Source of the DNA: Eledone cirrhosa
Taxonomy: Eukaryota
Reading direction: 5' to 3'
NCBI GenBank assembly: GCA_964016885.1
Contig: OZ024764.1
Coordinates: forward strand, 4,712,001 to 4,776,000
Length of the DNA: 64,000 nucleotides
Positions 23,440 through 36,827 of the stretch are shown here, one piece after another. Made by a program: the position numbers and the translations under genes. Numbering within the stretch: position 1 is the stretch's first letter; the number at the start of each line of letters is the position of its first letter. A model generated the notes under the pieces. That model was not told the DNA's origin. It was given only the letters and a program-made list of their open reading frames with translations, and did not search any database.

Positions 23440-24168
23440 AGAGAAGGCTACGTTGGTATGGTCACGTGATGTGTATGAAAGACGACAGCTGTATAGCAAA
23501 GTGCAGGGCAATAAAGATAGATGGTAGCCACGGAGTAGGCAGACCCAGAAAAACCTGGGACGAGCTGATAAATTCCGACCTCACACACTTACACTTCTCC
23601 AAGACAATATCACTGGACCGAGACCTTTGGCGGTACTCAGTAATAGAGAAGACCCGCCTTACCTAAATACAAAGTAAAACCTACTACAGTCAGTAGGCAT
23701 CTCTAATAAAATACACCCCCGTCCCATGACCTCCACCCCATCCACACCGCCCCTTTCAATGTAAAGTTATGTTGGTGCCACAACATCCAGGCCGAAACTA
23801 ATGAGATCGTGTAGGTGTCACGACAAAAAAAACACACAGTCCACGCTGTAAATGTGGCCGTGTAGGCAACACGGTAAAAACCTCCCAGCCCCACACTGTA
23901 AATGTGGTTGGTGTTAGGAAGGGCATCCAGCTGTAGAAAACCCACCAGACAGTCCACGCTGTAATGTGGCCGTGTAGGCAACACGGTAAAAACCTCCCAG
24001 CCCCACACTGTAAATGTAGTTGGTGTTAGGAAGGGCATCCAACTGTAGAAAACCCGCCAGACAGTCCTATGCGAGCAAGACAACCACTCTTGCCTCAAGT
24101 GGGAAAACTCCCGTCCAAACCCAACAAGCGTGGAACATGGACGTTAAACGATGATGATGATGATGATG
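23440..24168 (+). mobile_element. RTE LINE 3' end
   Basis: RRLRWYGHVMCMKDDSCIAKC...GRPRKTWDEL, a UTR with an internal duplication and a (GAT)n tail. Confidence 0.85.
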
Positions 24169-24199
24169 AAATATATATAAATATATGTATATATATAAA

Positions 24200-24231
<32 letters not shown>

Positions 24232-26116
24232 AATATATATAAATATATATATATAAATATATATAAATATATATATAAATATATGCAAAAGTTTTATTTA
24301 AGATTGTTGGGTTACAACGAGTAAATATTTTATAACTGATATAAAAGCACTCAACAGTTTCTGGAGTAGGTTTGCGATATTAAACAAATGGAAACTATAT
24401 TTATAAAACCATATTTATTTCGTTATATATATTTCTGGGATATCATATTAAAAATATGGTATGCCTTCCTCAGACAAAATACAATACATAAGCTGTTTTA
24501 TAAATAATTTTTGACATACCTTATAATAATGCAACTTCCATTTAAAAAGTTGATTTGGTAGTGAAACTGTTATGACAGTTATATAGAAAGAAAAACGAGG
24601 ATGAGAAGAAGAAGATGAAGAGATGTATGTAAATAAAAAAAAGAAGAAGATGAAGAGATGTATGTAAAGAAAAACAACAGAGCGAGATAGAGAGACAAGG
24701 AGATATGGGAGAGAGAAATACATTGAGGAAGTGAAAAAATATATAGTAGGCAGCTTTTGGACAGATGATCATCGTATATGTGAGAGGTTAAGGAGGGGAG
24801 GGATACAGTTAAACTAGCCGACACATAAATCACGTCCAGTGTATAAGAGAAAAAGAAAGAGAGATGATATATTTAAAATATATTAAAAATATATTATGTC
24901 TCATCCATTTGAATTATCAGTTTTTATGAATTAGGTATTATAATGTAAATATCAGTATTCATGAATGAGACACATATCCATAATGTGTGAAAAAAATGAC
25001 CACATGCTTAGTTTAAAAATTCTTAGGTCTATAAGCAAAATCTGAGATAAACTTCAAACATAAGTATATATGCATTCTCATGAAAAAAGAAAAAGAGAAA
25101 AGAGAAGGTTATCTCAAATTCAAGTTGATAAATATAGACACACATGTGAACCTACGTGATATGCTCCACAGATTCTTATATTTCATGAAAAACTTCATTG
25201 CGTTACAAAAGATTCCACCCTACATATATTTACATACATATATACATATATATAGACATAAAATATATAAGATATACATTAACATTTAAAATAACATTTC
25301 AGCCTCACTTGCATGATTATCGATCAAGCATAGAGTAGACAACAGATATCAATATTAAAAATTAAAAACGCCAAGAATATCTTCGTCACTCCACAGAGTA
25401 TCTAGGGACGCAAGAGAACATAGTATGCCACGCATATCGGTCACATAAAATCAGAATCAAAAACAAACAAAACCAAAATTGTTCACCAAGCCTTATTTAG
25501 CAGAAATCATTCAAAACTTATTCTACAAATGCTCTTATATTTATTATAGAAGTTTATCCAGCTTAAAAGTTTATTCAAAAGATTGGGAACAACGCCAATT
25601 TTAGGGTAGTTTATTTAATCTCATTAATTATATATTCATGCAGAAAGGTTTTAAAAAAATTGAAGGAATCGAAAGATTTATCGCCAAGTTTCATAAATAG
25701 TTAAATATCTTAAGTAAATATACTACATTTTATACTACATTTTAAATTTATATTTATATTTAAAAGTTGAGTTCAATCTATGTCTGCAGCAGCTGAATAA
25801 ATTGGTTCGTAAATTAAGGGAATTTTTAGATTTTAGTATAAAGAATATCTCCTCCGCGCAGAGGTCACATGTCTCAGAAGAGGAATTAAAAGGAATCCCT
25901 TTTGAGACTATATTCCAAACCATCGAATATCCAACTTTATCATGTTTAAGTTGCCAGAGTAACCCTGACAGCGATGTTGAAGATTTTTTATTTGGATCCG
26001 TGAAAGAATTTTTGTGATTATTATAGCGAAGTTTAAATTCTGTCGAGGTGGAACCAACATAATTAAAAGAATTTAAATCAGTTTTAACATTACAGTTGTA
26101 TATTAATATTTAAGTA

Positions 26117-26551
26117 AAAAACTGTAACTGTAGAGATAGATCTAAATGTCCGCTAAATAACAATTGCTTAGTTAAAAATATAATATACAACTGTAATGTT
26201 AAAACTGATTTAAATTCTTTTAATTATGTTGGTTCCACCTCGACAGAATTTAAACTTCGCTATAATAATCACAAAAATTCTTTCACGGATCCAAATAAAA
26301 AATCTTCAACATCGCTGTCAGGGTTACTCTGGCAACTTAAACATGATAAAGTTGGATATTCGATGGTTTGGAATATAGTCTCAAAAGGGATTCCTTTTAA
26401 TTCCTCTTCTGAGACATGTGACCTCTGCGCGGAGGAGATATTCTTTATACTAAAATCTAAAAATTCCCTTAATTAACGAACCAATTTATTCAGCTGCTGC
26501 AGACATAGATTGAACTCAACTTTTAAATATAAATATAAATTTAAAATGTAG
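26117..26551 (+). pseudogene. GIY-YIG endonuclease domain of Naiad-type Penelope-like element (mirror 25735-26105, minus strand)
   Basis: KNCNCRDRSKCPLNNNCLVKNIIYNCNV...YVGSTSTEFKLRYNNHKNSF...CDLCAEE...LN...CCRH. A TTA>TAA stop near 26474 is in this arm only. Confidence 0.85.
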
Positions 26552-27770
26552 TATAAAATGTAGTATATTTACTTAAGATATTTAACTATTTATGAAACTT
26601 GGCGATAAATCTTTCGATTCCTTCAATTTTTTTAAAACCTTTCTGCATGAATATATAATTAATGAGATTAAATAAACTACCCTAAAATTGGCGTTGTTCC
26701 CAATCTTTTGAATAAACTTTTAAGCTGGATAAACTTCTATAATAAATATAAGAGCATTTGTAGAATAAGTTTTGAATGATTTCTGCTAAATAAGGCTTGG
26801 TGAACAATTTTGGTTTTGTTTGTTTTTGATTCTGATTTTATGTGACCGATATGCGTGGCATACTATGTTCTCTTGCGTCCCTAGATACTCTGTGGAGTGA
26901 CGAAGATATTCTTGGCGTTTTTAATTTTAATATTGATATCTGTTGTCTACTCTATGCTTGATCGATAATCATGCAAGTGAGGCTGAAATGTTATTTTAAA
27001 TGTTAATGTATATCTTATATATTTTATGTCTATATATATGTATATATGTATGTAAATATATGTAGGGTGGAATCTTTTGTAACGCAATGAAGTTTTTCAT
27101 GAAATATAAGAATCTGTGGAGCATATCACGTAGGTTCACATGTGTGTCTATATTTATCAACTTGAATTTGAGATAACCTTCTCTTTTCTCTTTTTCTTTT
27201 TTCATGAGAATGCATATATACTTATGTTTGAAGTTTATCTCAGATTTTGCTTATAGACCTAAGAATTTTTAAACTAAGCATGTGGTCATTTTTTTCACAC
27301 ATTATGGATATGTGTCTCATTCATGAATACTGATATTTACATTATAATACCTAATTCATAAAAACTGATAATTCAAATGGATGAGACATAATATATTTTT
27401 AATATATTTTAAATATATCATCTTTCTTTCTTTTTCTCCTATACACTGGACGTGATTTATGTGTCGGCTAGTTTAACTGTATCCCTCCCCTCCTTAACCT
27501 CTCACATATACGATGATCATCTGTCCAAAAGCTGCCAACTATATATTTTTTCACTTCCTCAATGTATTTCTCTCTCCCATATCTCCTTGTCTCTCTATCT
27601 CGCTCTGTTGTTTTTCTTTACATACATCTCTTCATCTTCTTCTTCTCATCCTCGTTTTTCTTTCTATATAACTGTCATAACAGTTTCACTACCAAATCAA
27701 CTTTTTAAATGGAAGTTGCATTATTATAAGGTATGTCAAAAATTATTTATAAAACAGCTTATGTATTGTA

Positions 27771-27832
27771 TTTTGTCTGAGGAAGGCATACCATATTTTT
27801 AATATGATATCCCAGAAATATATATAACGAAA
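27771..27832 (+). ncRNA. Type I hammerhead ribozyme (mirror 24418-24479, minus strand)
   Basis: TTTTGT-CTGAGGA-long stem II-GAAA-T ATAT ATA-ACGAAA. Confidence 0.7.
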
Positions 27833-27897
27833 TAAATATGGTTTTATAAATATAGTTTCCATTTGTTTAATATCGTATATAAATATATATATATAAA

Positions 27898-28001
<104 letters not shown>

Positions 28002-28004
28002 AAT

Positions 28005-28040
<36 letters not shown>

Positions 28041-28477
28041 GCAAAAGTTTTATTTAAAATTGTTGGGTTACAACAAGTAAATATTTTATAACTGATATAA
28101 AGCACTCGACAAGTTTTTGGAGTAGATATACGATATTAACAAATGGAAACTATATTGATAAAACCATATCTATTTCATTATACATATTTCAGGGATACCA
28201 TATTAAAAATATGGCATGCCTTCGTCAGATAAAATACAATATATAAACAGTTTTATAAATAATTTTGACGTACTCTATTATAAGCGACCATTATATTAGG
28301 AAGCTGTCTAATATAATGGTCGCTAATAATAGGGTACATCAAAATTATTTATAAAACTGTTTATATATTGTATTTTATCTGACGAAGGCATGCCATATTT
28401 TTAATATGGTATCCCTGAAATATGTATAATGAAATAAATATGGTTTTATAAATATAGTTTCCATTTGTTTAATATCG
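28041..28477. mobile_element. Short fold-back copy of the same Penelope-like terminal repeat
   Basis: Arms about 28131-28299 and 28308-28477, tail 28041-28130, between (TA)n tracts. Homologous to 24285-24530. Confidence 0.85.
28373..28434 (+). ncRNA. Type I hammerhead ribozyme (mirror 28173-28234, minus strand)
   Basis: TTTTAT-CTGACGA-AGGcATGCCATATT ttt AATATGGTATcCCT-GAAA-T ATGT ATA-ATGAAA. Confidence 0.78.
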
Positions 28478-28516
28478 TATATATATATATATATATACAT
28501 ATAAAAATATATATAT

Positions 28517-28594
<78 letters not shown>

Positions 28595-28620
28595 AAATAC
28601 ATATATATATATATATATAT

Positions 28621-28702
<82 letters not shown>

Positions 28703-28798
28703 TATATATATATATATATAAAAATATATATATATATATATATAAAAATATATAAAAATATATATATATATATAAAAATATATATATATATATATATA

Positions 28799-28836
<38 letters not shown>

Positions 28837-28980
28837 TATATATATATATATATATAAAAATATATATATATATATATATATAAATATATATATATATAAA
28901 TTTATATATATATAAAAATATATATATATAAATATATATATATATAAATTTATATATATATAAATATATATATATATATG
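28478..28980. repeat. (TA)n/(TAAA) microsatellite
   Basis: Direct inspection. Similar tracts lie at 23150-23420, 24170-24284, 27876-28040 and 42490-42578. Confidence 0.95.
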
Positions 28981-28982
28981 AT

Positions 28983-29313
28983 GGAGGCACATGGCTTAGT
29001 GGTTAGAGCATTGCAATCGAAAGGTTGTGAGTTCAATTCTCAGACCGGGTGATGTGTTGTTTCCTTGAGCAAGACGCTTTATTTCACATTGCTCCAGTTT
29101 ATTCACCTGTAGAAATGAGATGATAGGGACTGGGGTCCCTATCATTCCACTGCAAAGTGGTCGTGGAGGTGCCACGGCAAAAAAGTACCCAGCACTCACT
29201 GTAAATGAGGTTGGTGTTAGGAAGGGCATCCAGCTGTAGAAATCAAGCCAGAATCAGTTCCTGTCCCACCCTTGCAAGCAGGGAAAAGTGGACGTAAAAT
29301 GAAATGATGATGA
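28983..29313 (+). mobile_element. Full-length tRNA-derived SINE, Meta-like core, RTE-derived 3' tail
   Basis: A and B boxes, core ttccttgagcaagac.ctttatttcacattgctccagt, tail ggttggtgttaggaagggcatccagctgtagaa...(GAT)n shared with RTE 3' UTRs. Confidence 0.85.
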
Positions 29314-29403
29314 TATATATATATATACATTCATATATATATATATATATATATACACACATGAGAATATGTAAAAGAGACTGTAGCAACAAGTACCACT
29401 TAC

Positions 29404-29457
29404 CAACAACGTCCCATACTGTATTTTCTGTTGTTTGTGAGCAGAGTCTCCTTCCAT
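29404..29457 (-). CDS. Candidate first coding exon of TRPC-like gene (MEGDSAHKQQKIQYGTLL)
   Basis: CAAC-ATG-G start context, 54 bp, ends at a perfect GTAAGT donor in phase 0, which matches the phase-0 acceptor at 17855. No homology support for the peptide itself. Confidence 0.55.
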
Positions 29458-29494
29458 GTTGACTTTAGCGAAGTTTAGTGTAATGTGTTATTTG

Positions 29495-30275
29495 TGGTAG
29501 TAGTAGTGGTGGTGGTGGTGGTATGGTGGTGGTGGTGGTGGTATGCTGGTGGTGGTATGGTGGTGGTGGTGGTATGGTGGTGGTGGTGGTGGTGGTGGTA
29601 TGCTGGTGGGAGTGGTGGTGGTATGCTGGTGGGAGTGGTGGTGTGGTGGTGGTGGTGGTGGTGGTGGTATGCTGGTGGGAGTGGTGGTATGGTGGTGGTG
29701 GTGGTATGGTGGTGGTGGTGGTGGTGGTATGCTGGTGGGAGTGGTGGTGGTGGTATGGTGGTGGTGGTGGTAGCTATTGTAGTGGTGGTGGTGATGGTAG
29801 CTGTTGTAGTGGTGGTGGTAGTGGTGGTGGTGATGGTAGTCATGGTAGCTGTCGTAGTGGTGGTGGTAGTAGCAGCATCAGCTGTAGTAGTAGTAGTAGG
29901 ATGAGGAGGAGGGTGAGGAGAAAGAGTAGTAGTAATAATGGTAGTAGTAGTAGTAGCAGTGGTAGTTGTGGTAGTAGTAGTGGTGGTAGTAGTAGTAGTG
30001 GTAGTAGTGTAGTTAGTAGTGGTGGTTGCGGTAGTAGTGTGGTAGTTGGTAGTAGTGGTAGTAGTAGTGGTAGGTAGTAGTGGTAGTAGTAGTGGTAGTG
30101 TAGTGTAGTAGTAGTAGTAGTAATAGTAGTGTAGTAGTAGTAGTAGTAAGAGTAGGGTAGTAGTAGTGGTGGTAGTAGTAGTAGTAGAGTAGTAGTAGTA
30201 GTAGTAGTTGTAGTAGTAAGTAGTAGTAGTAGTAGTAGTATAGTAGTACGTAGGTAGCTAGTAGTGCGTGTAGTA
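29495..30275. repeat. (GGT)n/(AGT)n microsatellite
   Basis: Direct inspection. Confidence 0.95.
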
Positions 30276-30416
30276 TTTCCCATATGTCCGTTTGCTATAC
30301 ATTACAAGTACTAAACACAGCACGGTGTTAGTAGTAATCATGATTCCCTTGGATATAATTTTTAAATAATTAAAATATATACAGACATGTATATAATGGG
30401 ATATGAAACATATATA

Positions 30417-32468
30417 TCATCATCATCATCGTTTAACGTCCATCTTCCACGCTAGCATGGGTTAGACAGGAGTTGTCCCACTTGAGGCAAGGTTGGTCGG
30501 GTGACCATGTCTCGCTCGTATAGGACTGTCTGGCAGGTTTTCTGCGGCTGGATGCCCTTCCTAACACCAACCACTTTAAAGTGTGGACTGAGAACTTTTT
30601 ACCGTATCTCCTACACAACCACATTACAGCATAGACTGTGTGTTTTTGTCTTGACACCTACATGACCACTTTACAGTGTGGACTGGGAACTTTTTATCGT
30701 GTCTCCTACACAGCCACATTACAGTGTGGACTGTGTTTTTTTGTCTTGACACCTACATGACCACTTTACAGTGTGGACTGGGAACTTTTTACCTTGTCTC
30801 CTACACAACCACATTACAGCGTGGACTGTGTGTTTTTTTGTCATGACACCTACATGACCACTTTAAAGTATAGACTGGGAACATTTTACTGTGTTACCTA
30901 CACGGCCACATTACAGCGTGGACTGTGTGTTTTTTTGTCATGACACCTACATGACCACTTTACAGTGTGGACTGGGAACTTTTTATCGTGTCTCCTACAC
31001 AACCACATTACAGCGTGGACTGTGTGTTTTTTTGTCTTGACACCTACATGACCACTTTAAAGTATAGACTGGGAACATTTTACTGTGTTACCTACACGGC
31101 CACATTACAGCGTGGACTGTGTGTTTTTTGTCATGGCACCTACATGACCACTTTAAAGTGTGGACTGGGAACTTTTTACCTTGTCTCCTACACAACCACA
31201 TTACAGCGTGGACTGTGTGTTTTTTTGTCTTGACACCTACATGACCACTTTAAAGTGTGGACTGGGAACTTTTTACCTTGTCTCCTACACAACCACATTA
31301 CAGCGTGGACTGTGTGTTTTTTTGTCATGACACCTACATGACCACTTTAAAGTATAGACTGGGAACATTTTACTGTGTTACCTACACGGCCACATTACAG
31401 CGTGGACTGTGTGTTTTTTTGTCTTGACACCTACATGACCACTTTAAAGTGTGGACTGGGAACTTTTTACCTTGTCTCCTACACAACCACATTACAGCGT
31501 GGACTGTGTGTTTTTTTGTCATGACACCTACACGGCCACTTTACAGTGTGGACTGGGAACTTTTTACCGTATCTCCTACACAACCACATTACAGCATAGA
31601 CTGTGTTTTTTTGTCATGACACCTACATGACCACTTTACAGTGTGGACTGGGAACTTTTTATCGTGTCTCCTACACAGCCACATTACAGCGTGGACTGTG
31701 TTTTTTTGTCATGACACCTACATGACCACTTTACAGTGTGGACTGGGAACTTTTTACCTTGTCTCCTACACAACCACATTACAGCGTGGACTGTGTGTTT
31801 TTTTGTCATGACACCTACATTACCACTTTAAAGTATAGACTGGGAACATTTTACTGTGTTACCTACACGGCCACATTACAGCGTGGACTGTGTTTTTTTG
31901 TCATGATACCTACATGACCACTTTACAGTGTGGACTGGGAACTTTTTATCGTGTCTCCTACACAACCACATTACAGCATAGACTGTGTTTTTTTGTCATG
32001 ACACCTACATGACCACTTTACAGTGTGGACTGGGAACTTTTTATCGTGTCTCCTACACAGCCACATTACAGCGTGGACTGTGTTTTTTTGTCATGACACC
32101 TACATGACCACTTTACAGTGTGGACTGGGAACTTTTTATCGTGTCTCCTACACAACCACATTACAGCATAGACTGTGTTTTTTTGTCATGACACCTACAC
32201 AATCTTTATCTCATTTATTTGGACTGGATGTTGTGGTACCAACTTTACAGAGAGAGGGTGGTGTTGGTGGGAGTGGGAGGATAGGGTAGGGGTAGTGGAT
32301 TGGGGTGTATATTTGGTTAAGAGGTGCCTACTGACTGTAGGTTTCGCTTTGTACATAGGCAAGGCGGGTCTTCTGTATTACTGCGTAGCGCCAAAGATCT
32401 CGGTCCAGTGACATTGTCTTAGAGAGGTGCAAGTGTGTAAGGTCGGAATTTATTAGATCGTCCCAGGT
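30417..32468 (-). mobile_element. RTE 3' end with internal ~97-bp tandem array (30572-32200, about 17 copies)
   Basis: Unit accactttacagtgtggactgggaactttttaccttgtctcctacacaaccacattacagcgtggactgtgtgttttttgtcatgacacctacatg. The flanks match 36838-37816 inverted. Confidence 0.88.
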
Positions 32469-32705
32469 ATGTGTACACATATATATATATATGTATGTGT
32501 ATGTGTGTATACATATATATATGTGAGTGTCTGTGATCTATATACACTGATCATAGAAACACTCACACACATATATACACAACAACACCACTAGCTCTCT
32601 CTCTTCCATTCTCCTTCTCTGTCTCCTCTCCCTCTCTCTATGTCTCTCTTTCAATTTACTTTGTATATATATATATAATATATATATATTATATATATAT
32701 ATATA

Positions 32706-32888
32706 TCATCATCATAATTTTACGTCCGCTTTTCCCTGCTTGCAAGGGTGGGACGGGAACTGATTGTGGCTTGATTTCTACAGCTGGATGCCCTTCCTAA
32801 CACCAACCTCATTTACAGTGAGTGCTGGGTACTTTTTTGCCGTGGCGCCTCCACGACCACTCTACAGTGGAATGATAGGGACCCCAGT
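32706..32888 (-). mobile_element. Partial SINE tail
   Basis: Same family as 28983-29313. Confidence 0.8.
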
Positions 32889-33970
32889 CCAGAGTTGACA
32901 CTGCACTCAGTGCTCCTGTGGGAGCCCCTGAATGGACACACTGGAAGAGGAAGACTGCGGTTAGCTGGACATTCTCACCAACATCCAGAGTTGACACTGC
33001 ACTCAGTGTTCCTGTGGGAGCCCCTGCATTGACACACTGGAAGAGAGAGACTGCGGTTAGCTGGACATTCTCACCAACATCCAGAGTTGACACTGCACTC
33101 AGTGTTCCTGTGGGAGCCCCTGCATTGACACACTGGAAGAGGGAGACAGAGGTTAGCTGGACATTCTCACCGACATCCAGAATTGACACTGCACTCAGTG
33201 CTCCTGTGGGAGCCCCTGAATGGACACACTGGAAGAGAGAGACTGCGGTTAGCTGGACATTCTCACCAACATCCAGAGTTGACACTGCACTCAGTGCTCC
33301 TGTGGGAGCCCCTGAATGGACACACTGGAAGAGAGAGACTGCGGTTAGCTGGACATTCTCACCAACATCCAGAGTTGACACTGCACTCAGTGCTCCTGTG
33401 GGAGCCCCTGAATGGACACACTGGAAGAGAGAGACTGCGGTTAGCTGGACATTCTCACCAACATCCAGAGTTGACACTGCACTCAGTGCTCCTGTGGGAG
33501 CCCCTGCATTGACACAGTGGAAGAGGGAGGCAGAGGTTAGCTGGACATTCTCACCGACATCCAGAGTTGACACTGCACTCAGTGCTCCTGTGGGAGCCCC
33601 TGCATTGACACAGTGGAAGAGGGAGGCAGAGGTTAGCTGGACATTCTCACCGACATCCAGAGTTGACACTGCACTCAGTGCTCCTGTGGGAGCCCCTGAA
33701 TGGACACACTGGAAGAGAGAGACTGCGGTTAGCTGGACATTCTCACCAACATCCAGAGTTGACACTGCACTCAGTGCTCCTGTGGGAGCCCCTGAATGGA
33801 CACACTGGAAGAGGAAGACCAAGGTTAACATATGTTGATGCCCTAAGGACAGACACTGGTCTGTTGGAGACGCAGGACATGGCAGCGATAATGAGGGACA
33901 GAGACCGCTGGAGAGAACTCGTCCATGGATCTCGGGAATTTTATCCGCCTTAGAATAGAATAGAATAGAA
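32888..33970 (+). mobile_element. RTE-like LINE 3' end with 96-bp tandem array (32888-33815, about 10 copies) and (TAGAA)n tail
   Basis: The unit encodes RERLRLAGHSHQHPELTLHSVLLWEPLNGHTG, then runs into RGRPRLTYVDALRTDTG...RDRWRELV. Confidence 0.85.
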
Positions 33971-34629
33971 TATATATATATATATATTTAAATAGAAAGT
34001 GAACAACACAAAATGTAACTACTCCATTATCAAAGGTTTCTCAAGTGTTAAACACAACAAGTTTAACTGACGGACATTTTCTACTCTCCAGCCTTGAAAT
34101 ATCGCCAACCCGCCTCACCTCGCTTAAGTTTTCAGACCTCCCCCATTATTACCCCACACCTCTGTTTATTAAATCTTACTAATCTATCTCCGGTGAAATT
34201 TTATTTTAAGTAGTAGCATTCCTGCGACAATTGTCTTCAGACATTAAAAAACATTATACATGACAAAAAACGTAGATTAGTAGAAGTGCCATACATTATA
34301 AAATAAATATGATGGGTTGGGGTCTCAATATGTAAACTAAACGACTAATTCTGGTTTTTGATAAAAAATCAATGGAGATAACCTAGAAATATTACCGATT
34401 TTCCAACTCCTCCACTTTACAACGTGTTTACTTTACTGGGTATGTTTATCATATAAATTACCAACACTAGGGAGGTTGTCATGTTTGGCAAGCTTTCCAT
34501 GGCTGGAAGCCCTTCCTATCCCCAACCACTTCACGGGGGGTGAGGGGGGGGGGGTTGAAATAGTGAGTTGAGAGTAACTGTCAGAGAGTTGAAGGGGGGG
34601 AAGGGTGTCACATTGTAAGCTGCAGGTCG

Positions 34630-35360
34630 GCTCTTCTATAGCACTGTGTAGTGCCAAACCTCACTTAGTTTTCTAAGGTCTGTCTTCATACCTCATCCCG
34701 TGTCTTCCTGGGTCTACCCTCTTCCACAGGTCCTAGCAACTGGGGTTTCTCTGCATTACTTTATGCAGCTGTTATGTTCTATGTGCATCACATGTCCATA
34801 CTAATGAAGTCTTCTCTCTTGCACACTACATCCCTCTTATACCAGGTTTTTCCCTCAGTTCATTCATGCACACTAACATTACACATCTGTCAGGGCATAC
34901 TTGACTTGTTTCTTTCTAGCCTCCACAGATCTTCTGCAGTCAAGGCCCATGTTTCACTGCCATGTAACATTGCAGTTCACACACAGGCATCATACAGTCT
35001 ACCCCTCACTCTGTTAGAAAAGGTATTTTGCTGTTATCAGTGGTAATAGATCTCTAAACTTCTTCCAGCCTGTTCTTATCTTCCCTAACACATTTTTGGC
35101 ACATCCTCCCCCACTAGTTTGATGGCCTAGGTAGCAATAGCTGTCCACTACTTGTAAAGAGTTCCCCTGGCAGCTGAGGGAATCTATTTCACGTGAGCTC
35201 TTTGTGTTCACTGTGCCCTGTGCATCTGATACATAGTCTATCTTTTCCGTTAGCCTACCTGCAATCCCACTACATCTCTTGTACATCCATAAGTTACATT
35301 GTGTGCTCCTTATCGTGTTTCTACCAACTCCTTTCAGACATATTGAGCACGACCCCTTTT
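34630..35360 (-). mobile_element. Decayed RTE ORF fragment
   Basis: CSICLKGVGRN...LQVVDSYCYLGHQTSGGGC...RTGWKKFRDLLPL, with GRPRKTRDE downstream. Confidence 0.8.
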
Positions 35361-35386
35361 CTATACTTTCCTTATACATATATATA

Positions 35387-35700
35387 TTGCAATCGAAAGG
35401 TTGTGAGTTCAATTCTCGGACCGGGTGATGTGTTGTTTCCTTGAGCAAGACACTTTATTTCACATTGCTCCAGTTTACTCAGCTGTAGAAATGAGATGAT
35501 AGGAACTGGGGTCCCTATCAATCCACTGCAAAGTGGTCATGTAGGCGCCACGGCAAAAAAGCACCCAGCACTCACTGTAAATGAGGGTGGTGTTAGGAAG
35601 GGCATCCAGCTGTAGAAATCAAGCCAGAATCAGTTCCCGTCCCACCCTTGCAAGCAGGGAAAAGGGGACGTAAAATGAAATGATGATGATGATGATGATA
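35387..35700 (+). mobile_element. SINE (family of 28983)
   Basis: B box, core and (GAT)n tail. Confidence 0.85.
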
Positions 35701-35927
35701 TATCATCATTATCATCATCATCACCATTTAACACCCATTTTTCCTTGCTAGCATGGGTTAGACAAGTTGTCCTGTTGTGGGCAATGCTAGGTTGGATGAC
35801 AATGCCTTGCTCATACAGAACTGATTTTGGCCTGGTTTCTACAGCTGGATGCCCTTCCTAACACCAACCTCATTTACAGTGTGGGCTGGGCTCATTTACA
35901 TACATAAATACATATATATATATACAA

Positions 35928-36338
35928 TATATTTATAAAACCATAATTATTTTATTATATATATTTCAAGGGCAACCAAGGCAAATCTTGGTGCGCTTTG
36001 ATCAGATAAAATATAAATTTGTTTTATAAATAAATATTGACATAACCGCATAAAGACAACCTTAACAGTTGAGGTTCGAACCTCAACCATTAAGGTTATC
36101 TTTATGCGGGTATGTCTATATTTATAAAACAAATTTGTATTTTATCTGATGAAAACGCACCAAGATTTGCCTTGGTCGCCCTTGAAATATATATAATAAA
36201 ATAATTATGGTTTTATAAATATAGTTTCCATTTATTAATATATTGAATATTTACTCCACTAACCTATTGAGTGCTTCATATCAGTTATAAAAATGTTTAA
36301 GCTTGTTGAATCCCAACAAATTAAATATAACCTCTGCA
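35928..36338 (+). mobile_element. Third fold-back copy of the Penelope-like terminal repeat
   Basis: Palindrome centred on TTCGAA at 36075-36080. The tail gagtgcttcatatcagttataaaa...cccaacaa...tgca(TA)n is homologous to the 24285 and 28041 tails. Confidence 0.8.
36140..36201 (+). ncRNA. Type I hammerhead ribozyme
   Basis: TTTTAT-CTGATGA-stem II (GCACCAAG atttgc CTTGGTcGC)-GAAA-T ATAT ATA-ATAAAA. The mirror copy has CTGATCA. Confidence 0.78.
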
Positions 36339-36344
36339 TATATA

Positions 36345-36686
36345 TCATCATCATCATCATCATTTTATGTCCACTTTTCCCTGCTTGCAAGGGTGGGACG
36401 GGAACTGATACTGGCTTGATTTCTACAGCTGGATGCCCTTCCTAACACCAACCTCATTTACAGTGTGGGCTGGGTGCTTTTTTGCCGTGGCACCTCCACG
36501 ACCACTTTACAGTGGAATGATAGGGACCCCAGTCCCTATCATCTCATTTCTAGAGCTGAGTAAACTGGAGCAATGTGAAATAAAGTGTCTTGCTCAAGGA
36601 AACAACACATCACCTGGTCTGAGAATTGAACTCACAACCTTTCGATTGCAAGGCCAATGCTCTAACCACTAAGCCATATGCCTCCA
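36345..36686 (-). mobile_element. Full-length SINE (family of 28983)
   Basis: Reverse-complement match including the A and B boxes. Confidence 0.85.
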
Positions 36687-36827
36687 TATATATATAATTA
36701 TTCAGTTGAAGAAAGTTGGTTGATTAAAAGTCTACCGACTTATTCTTAAACTGATGTGAAGCACTCCACGGTTTTTGTTCTTAGGATTTTCTCCATAAGG
36801 TAACGTCCAGAGTTTTAGTATAAAAAA

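Larger units (their letters stand above)
24285..27875. mobile_element. Penelope-like (Naiad-type) insertion forming a 1.7-kb-arm inverted repeat
   Basis: 24375-26105 is the reverse complement of 26181-27875, with a 75-bp spacer. Flanked by (TA)n on both sides. Encodes GIY-YIG and carries hammerheads. Confidence 0.88.

Noticed and set aside
26550-27770. SECIS element in the Naiad-type 3' region
   Set aside because: Some Naiads encode selenoproteins, but there is no in-frame TGA in the visible domain and I could not identify a convincing SECIS fold by eye. SECISearch would decide.
28983-29050. tRNA gene
   Set aside because: The A and B boxes belong to a SINE head that continues into core and tail and recurs several times in the window. 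There is no full cloverleaf.
32520-32572. Small imperfect hairpin containing GAAAC
   Set aside because: Too short and adjacent to microsatellite, with no hammerhead core or tail motif.
32809-33838. 300-340 aa repeat proteins on both strands
   Set aside because: A 96-bp tandem amplification of a LINE C-terminal fragment.
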